Position numbers and translations under genes: made by a program. A DNA stretch of 64,000 bases from assembly GCF_009914755.1 (NCBI RefSeq), contig NC_060932.1; one strand, 5' to 3'. Source of the DNA: the human T2T-CHM13v2.0 reference genome, Homo sapiens. The notes below the pieces were generated by a model. It was not told where the DNA came from and searched no databases. It saw nothing but the letters and a program-made list of their open reading frames with translations. Shown in pieces: positions 41,900 through 57,087 of the stretch. Numbering within the stretch: position 1 is the stretch's first letter; each line of letters begins with the position of its first letter.

Positions 41900-42780
41900 C
41901 CTATCCTTTCTTTATCAGTGTCCAACAGGCTATTAATCCTAACCAGAAGGATTTTCATTACAAATACTACAGATTTGTCTTTACAAGCTGGTGTCTTTTC
42001 CTTGATTCACATCTCAGGAAAAAACACCTTAAGTCTTTCATTTTCATGTAAGATATTAGCTCTATTGTTCTTTACATGATCATGATCAGTTGAGGAAGTT
42101 TTGTGATATTTATAGACTGCTGTTGAGTTTTTCTCATTAATCCATCTTAGATTTTGTCAAATGCATTTTCTGCATCAATTGATGTGATCATACTCATTTT
42201 CTTTAGCTTGCTGATAATGTGAATTATATTGTTTGATTTGCAAATGTTGAACCAGGCTTACACACCTGGAATAAATCCCAATTGATGGTGGTGTATAATT
42301 CTTTTCAGATATTGTTACTTTCCATTTGATAGATTTTGTTGAGGACATTTGCACCTATTTTCAAGAGAGATGTTCTTCTATAGTTTTCTATTTTTTCATG
42401 TCTTTGTTTGTCTTTGGTATTACAGTAATTCTGGCCTCAGATAATGAGTTAGGAAGTATTTTCTCTGATTCCATTTGCTAAAAGAATTTGTGAATAATTG
42501 ATATTAATTCTTCTTTGAATGTTTTGTGGAATTTGCCAGTGAAACCATCTGAGCTCATTTGAAACTAAGAGAGCCGTCAGTTTCTGGAAGTTTATTAATT
42601 TTTGATTCAATTTATTTATTAGATTTAGGTCTATTCAGATTATTTCTTTTTGTATAAGATTTTGTAGTTTATATCCTTCAGGGAATTGGTTCATTATATT
42701 GAATTTTTGAATATGTAAGAACAGAGTTGTTCATGCTTGCTTATTTTTCCTTTTAATATCTGTGGAATGAACCATAAAAA
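41900..42780 (-). mobile_element. Old L1M ORF2 fragment
   Basis: attttgtcaaatgcattttctgcatcaattgat, ccagtgaaaccatctg. Confidence 0.75.
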
Positions 42781-44767
42781 TATTTTATTTTTCATTAACA
42801 TTTTTTTTCTGTACTCTTCCTTTTAGAAGTAGATCCCAGTCTAGCCTACATTGCTTTTCTTCTAAAAACCTACATATCCAGTAATATATTGGTGGCATTT
42901 AGACCTGGGCCAGTTTTTGGTTATTTGAAATTGTGTATAATAAAAAGTTTTTTGTTTAAATAAAATCTTTAAAAAAAAATGCCACTTTCCTGTCTAAGGT
43001 ATTTTCAATGTTTCCACTCTCATTAGAATAAATGTCACCTTATTTACATCATCTTACAACATCTGGCTGTGGCTTATTGCTACACCCTTATCTTAAGCTT
43101 TTCTTTCCCTTCTTCACCATGACCAGATATTGTTGCCATTATTATTATTATTTTTTGTAATTCACATTTATGATCCACATATATACTGCCTTATCTGCCT
43201 GGAAAGCATTCAGTCATTTACATTTTACCAATTACTCTTTATATTCTTCAATTTCTTATTTAATATACTTCTTACTATGATTACTGTCTTTGACCCCAGT
43301 AAACTGGGTTTCTTGTGATGAACATATATAGAAGTCATTACTTCCACTTTCAACTACATATGAGAATTATAATTATTCAATTTGTTTCTTAATTATGCTT
43401 TTTATTATTTTTAGTATTTCATTAATTTGTTCTTATTGTCTACTTTAGTATCTGGAACTAAATGTGCACTCAATGAATCTTCTTTGACGGAATTAATTAA
43501 ATAATCATTGGCAAGAGTCTTATGGCTATTTTGACCTAATGGATCATGTCAATGATAAGCTAAAGCTAATACTCAATTATTAGTATTTATTTCTATTATC
43601 TTCATAAAGACACTGGCTTGTTTTTCCCAAAACAAAGATGGTAATTTTCTACTTCATTCTTTTGGAATGAAAAGAGGTAGTTCTCTCTTTTCTTTCTAGA
43701 TTTTGTAGCTAGCTGTTTGCTTTGAAGATTGTGTATAATATTGTTTTAAATTTATTTTTCACAATCACTACGGTGTTCTTTATTACTTGACAAATACTTG
43801 TAGATATGCACAAGCCTATTAAAATGAGTAAATTTAAATAGTTCTGGACTTTTTTATGATTGTATTAAAATGTCACATATGGTTATATCTATTTTCTAAA
43901 CAACATCTGCTTTTAATTCTTGGGGATTTTACACAGACACATAAACACACAAAAATATGTATTTGGACTTGCTAATACTATACTATTTGCACCAAACTCT
44001 CACTTTTTTTGAAAATTGCTGAATTATTATTTGCTGAAATAAACTTCAAATCAAAAAAGTGTTTTACAAATATACAATTACTATAAGAAGAGGAGGAAAC
44101 ATTCAAAGGAGAGATGTGTGACAGCAAGACCTGACACCAGTGAGCACTGTGCTGTGGGGGAGGGGAGACAGTCCAGGTGACACAAGGATATGCCTGGTTA
44201 ACATCTGATATGTTTACACCATCTGCTCTCTCAGGTTTCCATTGTCTCTGAGGCACAGGAAGTAATGCAAAGTTATACAAGATCACTTAGTTCTTTGGCA
44301 AAGTCATTTAAAGGAAAATTTTATGTAAGCAATAATATTTATTTTATAATACAGAATTGTTTAATGTTAAGAAACTTTCAGCCATGAACTGGTGGTATTA
44401 TTTGCAGGCACATATTCTCCTGTGGAAGTCCAGGCATTTAAAACATCATATTCTTCACATATTTAAATCACATACGGGTGTTTAAATCAGCCACTTTGTG
44501 CAAATTTACTTAGCCATTTTTTAATTTATGTAAATTGATGACCTTTCCTTGGCCTTATTATTGGTATTATTACCTCTGATAGTTAATTCATCAAGCTCTA
44601 CAATGCATGCTTCATAAGGACACAAACATAACATTTTTTATTCATCTTTGTATTTCCATTCATTGCATAGCAGCTAACATGAGAGAGGACCTTGATACAA
44701 TTTTATGATAAATGTTAAGCTGTCTGACAAATGACACGGTTATATAAAATTGCCCAGTCATTACTGG

Positions 44768-45016
44768 CACACACACACGCATGCACACATATATATATGC
44801 GTGTGTGTGCGCACATGAATATATAATGCACACACTCATGTGTGTGAATATTTTGAAATATACAATATATTTTTAAACATTATCAAATATTGTTTATATA
44901 TAAGTATGTAAATATACCCATTTGGAAATTACATGTGTGTGAGCCTGTGTATGGGTATACATGTGATCATATACATGTGCATATATATGTGTGTGTGTGT
45001 ATGAATATATATATAC
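44768..45016. repeat. Low-complexity CA/TA/TG tract
   Basis: Direct reading. Confidence 0.8.
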
Positions 45017-45663
45017 GGAGAGGGAGAGCTAATTCGTTTGCAAAATTGCTGAAAATCACCAAATATTTCAAATATTTTAACAAAATTCTTTCTTATTTTA
45101 GTATTTTTAAAGTTTCAAAATAAAACACACACACATCTATAATTCTGTACTTCTTACTGTCCTGACAATGTGGTTACTTTATCTGGAAACAAAATTCATC
45201 ACTTTTTTATTACTAAAATGTCAGCTCACAAATAGCAACACTTCCCATGATCTTAAGTTTCCATTTCTCTGTTATGCTTTAGTTAAGCACTTGTCAATGC
45301 TTTTGTTGAATTCTGCATCATATTGAGAAATTTCTTCCCTACAGACTGGAATTGAATGCTTATTCTCAAATTGAGCTTCTTTTAATGTTTCCAGACTTCT
45401 AATTGCTGGCAAAAGAAACTTGAAAATAAGGAAAGTAGAATTGCCTTCTTAGAAGCTGAACTGGTAAATTCACACACAATAAATACAATAAAGTTTCAAT
45501 GAGGATACTCCAGGAGGATTCCTGTACATGTTTACTGAAATGCTTTTGAATCTCTGAATACCAACAATGCAAGGGGAAGCATAACATAATCTTGTTACAG
45601 GTAGAATTTGAATGTAATTTATGTTTAGTAAATGAAAACAAATCAGTTGCTTTTAAAAAATAA

Positions 45664-45712
45664 TGTGTGTGTATATATATATATATACACACACACACAC
45701 ATACACACACAC
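45664..45712. repeat. Compound microsatellite (TG)4(TA)8(CA)n
   Basis: Direct reading. Confidence 0.9.
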
Positions 45713-46649
45713 AAAAGAAGAAAGTTCAAAGAATCAGAAGTGACATCAGTTGTGCAACGGTGACAGCTACTGATTCTCAGGAATCTGAATTTTCTGTGAG
45801 GAGGCAGTGTGCTATTTTGTAGTACCCAAATTATCCATTCAACGTCTCTGTAGAATGAATGATAGATTTTGAAAATAGTCCAAACCAACAGCAACTGTGA
45901 TTACTAACTTGGTTTACTACTGCATGTGCCTTGCTGACAAAAAAAAAAAAATGAGATGTTTTCTATGGGAGATGTGAGCATTTTGAACATTATAAAACTA
46001 TGCTATGAAAAGGCATTGTAATAAAACACACTTCCCAAATAAACAAAAAAATTATAAAACTCCCATTGTCAAATAAAATAAATTGAAACATCTTCCAGAG
46101 TAAAGTAATAATTTCTTAGTCTTGAATTCTGAGAACAATCTTCAGTAATATCATTCAGATTCATACCTTTTTATTTACTTATTATGTAAGAATGAAGCTT
46201 GAAGAATTATGAGAAATAAATTATTAAAATATCAAAAAAGGGAGGAGATAATGAAATTAAGGTGCTTTATAATCTTAGCTGTTTCTGGGTCATGGCTAGA
46301 TTACTAACTTAAATTTTTTAAATACACATTTTATATTGGAATATTTTTGATTTATAGATTTCTGCAGATCATAGAGAACATTTCCATACATTACTACTGA
46401 GTTTCAGTATCCCTTAGTATTATCATGTTATATTACTGCAGTACCTTTCTCAAAACTAAAAAATCCATTTGTTGTTTTAGCATTAAATATACTTTGGACT
46501 TTATCTAATTTTCCCCAGTTTTTTTCAATAAACCTGTTTTCTGTTCCATGATTATATGCAAGATAATACAGCCCATTCTGTTTTTTATGTCCCTTTAGTG
46601 TTCTTTGGTCTGTGACATTTTCCCTATCTTTCTTAATACAGAAATTTAA

Positions 46650-48560
46650 AAAAATGGTAAATACAATAAACACATAGCAAAGGCAAGTAGATTAACCAAA
46701 TTATTTGATATTTTAAAGTAAAGCCAAGGAGAGAGAGAGAAAAATAACATACACAGAATATATAATATGAAAATCAATAGTAAAATGATGGATAGAATCC
46801 AAAATATGTCAGGATTAACATTAAATATAAATAGACTAAATATTCCTGGGAATTATTAAATATTCACAAATTAAAATTTTAAAAATGCATTACAGGATAC
46901 AGTAGACACACAATTATGCAGGCTATGATAGACTGTAAATAAAAGAATGAAAAAAGCATATCATATAAATATCAATAAAAAAGAAACTGGTCTAGTTTTA
47001 TAAATATCAGACAAAGGTAACAAATGAAGGAACATTATAATAAAGAGAAACATTACAAAATGCTTATAATGTTTTTCCACTTAGGTAATAAAACAATACT
47101 TAATTTGTTTGCATTTAATAACACAGCTTCAAAATATAACATAAAAATTGACAGAATTAAAACAGATAAACTCCAAATCATAGCAGGAGATTTTCATAAT
47201 ACCTCTGTGAATACCAGATAAAATAGGCAGAGAAAGTATGAATAATTTTATAGAATATTTAACTAAAATTATTAACAACTTAACTATATCCTTTTTTGTA
47301 TACACATATAAAACCCACACATATCTATTCACTTCACCTAAAAATATAAAAATACATATTTTGAAGTCGCATGTTTACCAAAATTATTCATATTTTGGGC
47401 TATAATATAAAGCCTCGAAAGTTTTCAAGAATTAGTAAGTTATTCAGGTCATATTCTCTATTTCAGTGGAATTAAGACAGTAATGAATAAAAATAATAAT
47501 TAAATATTAGGAAATGCTGAGATCTTAATAACTTAAGCAATGCATTGTAAAATTACTAGTGGGTCAAATAACAAATCAATTGAAGTTAGGAAACAGTTTG
47601 AAGTTAATACTGAAAGTATGACATATTAAAAATTCTGGGATCCTGCTAAAGCCATACTTAATAGACTTTTAAATCTTAAATGAATCTACTAGAAAAAGAA
47701 AGGGTAAAATTAATTATTTAAAAGTTCACTTCAAAAAGAGAAAATTTCCACAAATTAATCCTATCCAAGTGATAGAAAATGAAAAGACAAAAAGAGATTA
47801 ATGAATTAGAAACTTAAAATACTATAGAGCTACAAAATTAAAAACTAGTACTTTGGAAAACCTAATGAAATGCTAGAAAAATTGAGATTTTCAAGGTAGA
47901 AATAGCACACAGTAATAGTACTAGGAATAAAACTAGTGTCATCACATGGATCATGGATACATTTTTAAATATAATAATGAATATACTAATAAATATTTGA
48001 AGAAAATTATATTCAGATAAAAATTTTAAAGTCCCTAGAATAATGTAAATTATCATACATTATTCCAAAAAAGGGAAAAGAAGCAAGTCCTACTCGTTAT
48101 GAAAGCAGCATATCTTTTATAGCAAAATCAAGGATATTATAAGAAAGGTATATTAAAACCTAATAGTCTTTCTGAAAATAAATGAAAGCTTAAAATATTA
48201 ATGAGCCAAATGTAAAGATGTATAAACAGGTAAACTACATCATCATATAATCAACTTTATTCTAAGAAAACAAACCTGGTTTAATATTTAAACATAAATA
48301 AATGAAATTGACATCTTTAACAGACAAAGGAAGAGGAAAAATCTATCTTCTTCCCAAAGGCATTGAAAATATATTTTCAAGAACTCAATATCCAATAATA
48401 ATGATGATGGTAAATGTTAGCAAACTAAGAAAAAGAGGAAAGTTAGTAGTAAGATAAATAGTGAAATTTGAATCACTTATTGAATGCCTGGTGTCAATTA
48501 CTAAATTATGGTAACTGAAATCCACATATATCACAACCATGGAAAGTGAAGATTGTAAAA
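46650..48560 (+). mobile_element. Very degenerate L1M(E) ORF2 region
   Basis: atcatagcaggagattttcata, aaaattctgggatcctgctaaagc, aaacctggtttaatattt. Confidence 0.6.
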
Positions 48561-49771
48561 ACATCATGTTAGAAGTGAATAGAAATTTTGAGTAGAAATT
48601 ATGTCAAAAAGATGAGACATATCTTATGTCAAAGAAAACGCTTTAATAAAAATGTAACTTATTTCATTTTAATCAGGAGATATTTTTTATGCCACAAAAA
48701 CCCTTTTGAATATTTGACATCGCTTCAAACATTTCCATTTTATCCTCTAATGGGTGAGGCCAGTAAGGAAGGACAAAAGTGTAGTGAGACCAGGAGAAAA
48801 ATTATCTTTTTATTTGAAGTATGTATTATTTAGTAAAAAGTTAAAACAATTCAGCAAAAATGTAAAACTGCATGTTCAAGATGCCTATGGACATTTGCTT
48901 TGTGAGTGTTATTATGAGAAAAAAGGCATTCATTTTGATGACTCCATCGGTTCAGCATGATATGAAATGAGAGTGTTTATCAATTCATAGTATTTTTAAA
49001 TAGAAATCTTATTGAGATTGAAATCGGCAGATGAAAGCAAGAAATAAAAAGGTTTTCTCATTAGACCATGAAATGAAATAAATTCAACATAAACATATAA
49101 AACATTCAAACTGTAAAGAATAATTATTTGATAAATTGTTTTCAAGTTTGTTCATGAGCATATTATATTATTTCAGTTTACTGAGCAGTTCTTTTTTTAT
49201 CTCAGAGCATATGAATATTTACTTTTATACACCCTAGATGCAAACTTGCCTTGCCTAAATAAAATTTTGAGGAAAAAAACCTCTGATCGAGTAGTTACTT
49301 ATTATTTAGTAATGAAAGCATACATTTATTGAAATCAGATGTTTTAAATTTTAATTTAATGTTATTAGTTGATCTGTGATTTAATGAAATATTATTTCAA
49401 AAATAAAAATTCAGTAATTAAATTAGTATGTTCTTTAAACAATGCAATTTTTTAAAAAAAATCTTGAATTTACAACTAACTTTACCTCTGCCATTCTTAA
49501 CATGACTTCAAATCTGATTACATTGACAAGTGACAATGTCCTAATAAATGCCTTGGATTCCCTTTTGTAAAACAATACTAAATATAAATTTTCCATGAAT
49601 AAATGCCAACTATGCTGGAGAATTTTTATAAAATATTAAGAAATGTTAGTATCTTTAAGGGATAATCAATAGAAGACTAGTTCTCAATTAACTATAATAT
49701 GGTTGAGACATAGCACATATAGCAATGTGCAGGGTTTGGATTAATGACAAAGGCCAGATAATCTACTAAGA

Positions 49772-50030
49772 ATTAATTCAACAAATATTTATTTAGAACC
49801 CAGTATATGTGATGTAACTGAGTTATGTGCTAAAGGCATGAAAGCATTGAACAAATGAAACCAAATGACAACACAAGAACAATGAAAATCATTGCCTGAT
49901 CTTCAAGTCTTTTGTAGTACACTAGGAGACCATACAAGGATGCAAATGGCTAGAATATAAGATAAAATGCAATATGCAATATGAAAAGTATAATATAATA
50001 GTTCTGGGACTTCAGAATTGATTGATCCAT
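49772..50030 (-). mobile_element. L2 3' fragment
   Basis: attcaacaaatatttatttagaacc...tatgtg, typical antisense L2 terminus. Confidence 0.6.
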
Positions 50031-51689
50031 CTAGGTTCTTAAGATTTGGGAAAAGAAACATAGACAAAGGGACAAAAAACTTACAGGTTTTGTCTTTTGG
50101 CAGCTTTGATATTGAATCCCAGCTCTTAAAATATATGTCTACTATATTTTATCATCCTTATATTTCCTTCAAAATTGCCAATATTGTCTCCATCTACTCT
50201 TAAGTTTTAAGTCCATTTTGCTTTAATTTTCTTTTAATTTATGTTACTTGGATATCTTGCCTAAGGGATTTCCTTCTTACTATTTTAGCATAGGGATAAA
50301 AAATTTAATGACATGAAAAATTAACTCACATTTATAATACAAAAGACTTCTCATTTCCAAAGACAGTCTACAAAGACGTGAAGTGATTCCAGGGGATTTT
50401 GCTTAGGTTATGCTGACAGACTTGGTGTAAACACCCATGATATTTCAACTGGGAGAGATCTTTAAGTCAAGGAATATAATGGCATGTTAGTCTATGCACA
50501 CAATATGCAATTTCTAGCACATACCAGGCATTTGCTTCAAAGGACTCTTGAATATCCCTGCCTGAGCAGTCTGAAATTATTGGCCATTTCTAAATGATGT
50601 TTATCCTTAATTTGGAAGGGAAAAAATGGATTAAAACCGTCATTTAAATAACAAGACAACATGAGGCAAATTATTTTCCACCTGAGATAATTTATATCTC
50701 TTCTGGCAAATTAGATGATGAAATGAATATATAATATATTATTCAAAAACTTTGTATATCTTTATACTACTAGAAAGTTCTCATGCTTGCCACTTAGTAG
50801 TATTTCACTTAGGAAATAAAGGATGCTCACATTTCAATCCAAATGAAAAATGAAATATGATTTGAGATCCACAGTGACAATCATTTTGAGTTTAAAAGAG
50901 GGAAAAAAAGAAAAGTCACTTTTTCTCTAAGAAAATGGTGGCCAGATTATATCTCCAGAGAACATTTAAGGCAAACTTTTTTTAAATTAACTCTATGAAT
51001 GAAAGGTATCTTCATCAAAAGAAAGTCAAGAAACCAAACGAGCTAGTATGTGAGGCTGATTTAGTTTCATTGGGGTAGGAGAACTGTTTGAGCTTTGTTG
51101 GAAAACTTTTAAAGAAAGTCTGGGTCAGACTTCTGAATCTTTCACCTATGACATTAAAAATATGATCAATTATTTACGTGGGGCTCAGTGAGGAGAGTAA
51201 AATCTCTTTTGACTTTTGGCCAGACACTTAATACTCATTACTTTTCAGAAGTTTTGACTTTATCCAGTAAATAATAAATAAATATAAAGCTGTTTAAGGT
51301 TTCTGCTTTCACATTTATTTTTTCATATTTTAAAATTAAATATATTTAAGAAAACAGCTGACACTGTATTGATAAGTGAATTAGCAAAAATAGAAATTTC
51401 ACATTCCAAAGAAAATTAGTTTTTATTATTTTGAATACTTTTATGTATATTTTTATGACTATTAATAGTAGCTCAGAATTATATAGCATCTTGAGAGTGC
51501 ACAAATGTTTTGCATAGTTTAATTTCAAATCTCATAAATAAACCATATTGAGGGAATATTCATCATTTTAGGTCAGAAGACACTGAACCCTGAGAAACAA
51601 TTCATTGTCTGAACTCCTCCCATCTCTGGAAAAGGCTCTGCAAATAGTTTCCACCAGTCAACGACCTAGAACACTAGGAATTAGATGCT

Positions 51690-52074
51690 GCATCTAATTC
51701 CTTGAGGACCTGGATAAAACAAAAGGCAGAGGGAAGCTGGTTTCTCTCTTTGTTCTGGAGCTGGGACACTGATCTTCCCCTTCCTTTGGACATCAGAAGT
51801 TTAGGTTCTAATGTTTTCACACTCAGCAACATATACCAGCGTCTCCTCTTGTTCTCAGACCTTTGGTTACACACCATGGCTCCCCTGGTCCTCAGGCTTT
51901 ATAGTTTAGACTAAATTACCACCCCAGCTTTTCCATTTCTCCAGATTGTGGAGGGTATGTCATGGGACTTCTCAACTCTGTAATCACATGCACCAATTCC
52001 CATAATAAGTCCTCTTGTTTATCTATGTATCTATACATTAGTAGTGTTTCTCTGAAGAACCCTGACTTAGCACA
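51690..52074 (+). mobile_element. 5'-truncated MLT2 (ERVL) LTR
   Basis: aaaacaaaaggcagaggg, ttggacatcagaa, catgggacttctcaac, gtttctctgaagaaccctgact. Confidence 0.75.
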
Positions 52075-54734
52075 AGGATCTACAAAAAAAGACATCGTGG
52101 ATTCTCAATAAGAATGAAAGAAAACTCGTAATTCGAGTCTTAATAATAACACTAATTTAAATGTCAAAATATAAATAATATAATCTAAATAGTAATATAC
52201 AGTGTAATTAACAAATGGACAATTGTATGTATTACCTACAATCTGGATATTCATTAAAAAATCAAAACTTTCCTTGAACAATTGGGTTGTCAACCTAATA
52301 GATATGTGTCCATAGCTGTAGAGTGTGTGTATATATGTGTGTGTCTTTACATACATGGATAAATGTATATAAGTACATAAAAATGCATATAAGTGAATTT
52401 ACTAAAATTATCTACAATTTTCATTGTTGTAAATTCATATTTTATGAAATTTCTCATAGTATATCAAGAACATTTTTAATAAATGCATTTTTTTCAAAAC
52501 CATGTGAAACAATCTTTCCTGTAAGTTTAATCGTGAGCTAAAGAGTTATTTTATATTCTATTCTATAACCATAAGTCTTTTCAAAACAGAATATCAAAGG
52601 AATGACTTTTTTTAACAAACAGCAGAAATTTGCTTTTAAGATAAGTGGTAAAATACACTAAAGACAAGACGATCTAAATGGTTAATATTCTGTATTCTAA
52701 CAGCTCTGTAGCAAATGATCTCATATAATTTTGAAACATTTTCAGCTTTTATAGTGTGAAATCCAGTTAAGAGTTTTCATTCTCAAAAATGCTATATCAG
52801 CAGTCTTCTCTTTCCTCAGTATTTTTAATACTATCATGCATCAAATAATATATACAAGTGCCTTTATTTGTAGCTAAAGCAAACTTGTCATATTCAGGGT
52901 ATATAATATTTTAGTTCTAATTTCTATATGCTTAGCATAATTGTTATCCTGTCATTTTTACCTAGGTAATTAAGCCCTTAAAACAAAATGTGTTTGAACA
53001 TCGAGGAAGACCCAGCTGAAGATGCTGGGTTCCATGTGTTTTTCATGGATAGCTGAATTTTCCCATACGTATACAAATGTTTTTAAGACATTAAAAGCTA
53101 AATGTATTTTTACTTGCTTGAACTGAATTTTCCTGTCAAGTAGACAGGCCAGGAGACTGGGACCAATTTAAGAATTAGGTTAAACTGTTAGCTTCTCAGC
53201 TTAGACAAACTGAAAACCCAAAGGAATCAAAGAAACCCATAAGACTCTAAACTTATAACTGATTTGTGTAAGATATAGCAGAAAAGTAAAACAAAACAAA
53301 ATGAAAATCTACCATCCAAGACAGAGAATATTTATAACTTAGTTATATCGTGCATCATATGGTAACAGTTTTTGTCTTGCACAAGCCTCTAGAGACATAG
53401 GTGTCTAAAACATTGGCCAATGGATTAGCAGTCTTCTGAGGATAATTCTTCATGAGAACCTGTATAAACTAAGGAGAAATCTTCCTTTGAAAGCAATGCA
53501 AGTCCTGTGTGGCAGTTGCTTTGGCCCTAGTCAGGTAGTAATTATAGTAATTATGATAATTACAATTATAAATAATTATAATAAATGAACTTCAGTGTTA
53601 CAATAAGTACATGGATATAAAGCCAAAACTTACATTTTTTTCCAAGGGCTTATATTAAATAATATTAGATCCACACCTATTATTACATTAAACAATATGT
53701 GACAAAGTATACTCTTCTGAATCTTTATTGAACAATACAAGGATGAAACATTTAAAAATAAAATAACAATTTAGCTGTTTGCACCAGCAAATGCTTGCCC
53801 CTGGAAGAGAAGATTACACACCATGTTGAACGGTTCAGGACTCATCTCAAGATCTTCTACTAGCTATGCCAACCAGTACAAAGTGATTGTCATAAAATTG
53901 GTCCATACCCAACCTGTTCCCCACTTTGCAAGACACAGATCAAAAACAACACAGCTGAAGACAAAATCCTGTAAACATCCTTGCTTTATTCTTTTACCTT
54001 GACATATGACAGGAGTGAAAAAAATAGTTTCCGTGATTCAAAAGTTAAAGACTTTATTCAGCTGATGTGCATCAGGAAGCAGCTGAAGGCCAAATACAAA
54101 TAACCCCTGAGTCAAAGCAGTACTGTGGATTTACATAGTTAGAAAAGAGAAGCATGTGTCTTTATGTTTTAGCTGAAAAGCACTTTTCCTTATACTCTAC
54201 TGCTACAAAACCTATGGTTATAAAAGTTGAAAATTGTTTTGGGTTTTCATGCCTATTAGTAAGGATTGTTGGTGCAATCCCATTCAGGAAACTCTCAGAA
54301 CAATTATTTTGATAACTATTTTTGCAAACTTTATAATTTTTAAAAGTTCAGAAGAAGCATAGATAACAGAAAAAATGAAGAGAAAAAAAGAGAAGAATAA
54401 AAAAATTACAAGGAGGTAAAGATTAAGGCAAGGGAAATTGGGGATTGTTTTTAATCCTTTTACAGACACTACTAACACCCTGTAAAGATAGTGTTTCCTT
54501 TTACTACAATAAGTCTAACACTTAGCTTTGCTTGATTAATACATTCTTCTGATGTTCCTCTGGAAAGTTGACATTTGACAGCATAAAATTTTGGAAAGTT
54601 AATAAGTAAGGGAAGAAATATGACAATTAGAAAAGTAGCTTGTGTAGAAATTTGAATTTTTAACTGCATATTAAAAGTTTTTATGTGTTAAGGAAATTGA
54701 GAAAATTGAAGATACAGCATAGAAAATATGGTCA

Positions 54735-55533
54735 GGTGTAGTTTCCCAGTGGGGATAACATAGCAGAAACACATTTCCCTGCTGCTCTGCTCTAAATACA
54801 ACCAACTGTACTGGAAACAATTCAACATACAATCATGAAAGGACTCTGAAATATGGAAAGAAGAAGGTGTGGGATGGTTATAAACCTCAGGACTTCAAGA
54901 ACAATATTATGAGGAGTTCCTAGGGTTTTATCTGTCATATAATCTGGACTGGGTATTAGAGAGATCTGCAGTTAGAAGCCCCTACATGCATAGACAAGGA
55001 GAAAAAAAAATGAAAGCAAGAAAAGCTCACTATATCTGTTTAGAAGACTTTAGAAAAGGAAGCCCAAGAAGGACTTAATGGGAAAACCAATGCCCAGTGA
55101 CTGCATCGGGCCTCATTTGCCTGCAGCAATGGCAGAAGCAAAGTTTTAGGGACCAAATCCACATCTAGCTTCAACAGCAGACCGGAGCTGCCTATAGCAG
55201 AGGCTACAGCAGATACCAGGCAGACCAACCCACTTCATGCTTCACATACACTGCCACAATTGTCCTATTTGCTTATAGCAGTGGCCACAGTGAAAAACAC
55301 CTGCTGTCAGCATCAGACTCCTTCACATTTCTAGCACCAGAAGGATCAGTGTCTTATAGCTCTTCATACAGTAGCAGAATGTGACTTAGATCCTGTCTCC
55401 TAATCCTCCAGACAACAGCAAAGAGCTACACAGACATAGTTGCTGAACCTCCATCAAGCAGCAGAATATCATTCAGGGCATGTGTCTCCTAGCTTCTACC
55501 CAAGGACAGACAGCAAACCAGACGTGGTGTCTC
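54735..55533 (+). mobile_element. Ancient L1 (L1MC/MD-like) 5' end / 5'UTR
   Basis: ggactctgaaatatggaaagaagaagg, gagttcctagggtttt, gactgggtattagag resemble recalled L1M 5'-end consensus. Confidence 0.6.
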
Positions 55534-55727
55534 AGAGGCAAAGGAATATTAAGATACTTATCTTTATTTCCCCTTCTTTTCTGAAAGATATTTTCACTGG
55601 ATCAAGACTCTCTTTTAATAATTATTTTTACTAAATTCTTTTTATAAATGTTATGCTACTTCCTCTGGCCTCAGCGATTTTAGATGAGAAATGCACTGTC
55701 ACTTGAATTGGTGTTTCCCTTTAGTAA

Positions 55728-56075
<348 letters not shown>

Positions 56076-56858
56076 TGTATTTTTTTCTAAAGTTTATTTA
56101 TTGTGTTTCTTGGTAAAGCTTTCTTTGGATACCTCCTATTTATCATTCACTCAGCCTCTTAAATTGATAGACTTATAAGCCTTTTGCCAAATTTGGTAAG
56201 TAGTCAACCATTATTTCTTTGAGTATTTTTCAACCTCACATTCTTTCACCTACCCTTTTGGGTCTCTGATAATACAAACATTGGAACTGTTATTTTGTCA
56301 CAGCTCCCTAAAATTTTGTTCTTTTTTTTCCAGTTTACTTTCTGTTTTTCAGATTAGAAATATTCTATTCATCTCAAGCACACTAAATCTATCTTCTGTC
56401 ATCTCTAGTCTACTAATAGGCTCAGTGAGTTTTTCATTTTTATTATTAATTTTTTTTCAGTGATATGATTTCCATATGGTTGTTGCTTTAATAACTTTTA
56501 TTTCTTTCCTAAAATTTTCCAAGGAAATATATAATTACTTTTTCAAGCACCTTTACAGTGTTTGATAGAAAATCTTTGTCAGAGAGTTCCGACATCTGAT
56601 TCATGTTAGTAATAACTTTAGTTAATTGTCTTTTCTCATTCCTATTGTATTTCTCCTTGTTCTTCATATGATGAATAATTTTTGGTTGTGTTACCAATAA
56701 TTTAGATATCTCATTAGTAGGCAATCTTATTTAAATTTTCTTTTTTATCATTTGGCCCCTCTAGCATGTATGTATGTTCTGACCTAGTCTGTGAGCTATT
56801 GTTACAAAGACAATTTAGTTTTCTTATCCCTTGTAATGCTGCTCTAGGCTTTTTTCTT

Positions 56859-57087
56859 TTTTTTTTAATTTTATTATTATTATACTTTAAGTTTTAGGGT
56901 ACATGTGCACAACGTGCAGGTTTGTTACATATGTATACATGTGCCATGTTGGTGTGCTGCACCCATTAACTCGTCATTTAGCATTAGGTATATCTCCTAA
57001 TGCTATCGCTCCCCCCTCCCCCCACCCCACAATGAGAACACATGGACACAGGAAGGGGAACATCACACACTGGGGACTGTTGTGGGG
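56859..57087 (-). mobile_element. ~230-bp young L1 (L1PA3-like) 3' end with 5' inversion
   Basis: Antisense 3'UTR to ~57032, then sense aatgagaacacatggacacagg...gttgtgggg; TSD ggcttt(t/g)ttctt at 56847-56858 and 57086-57097. Confidence 0.9.
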
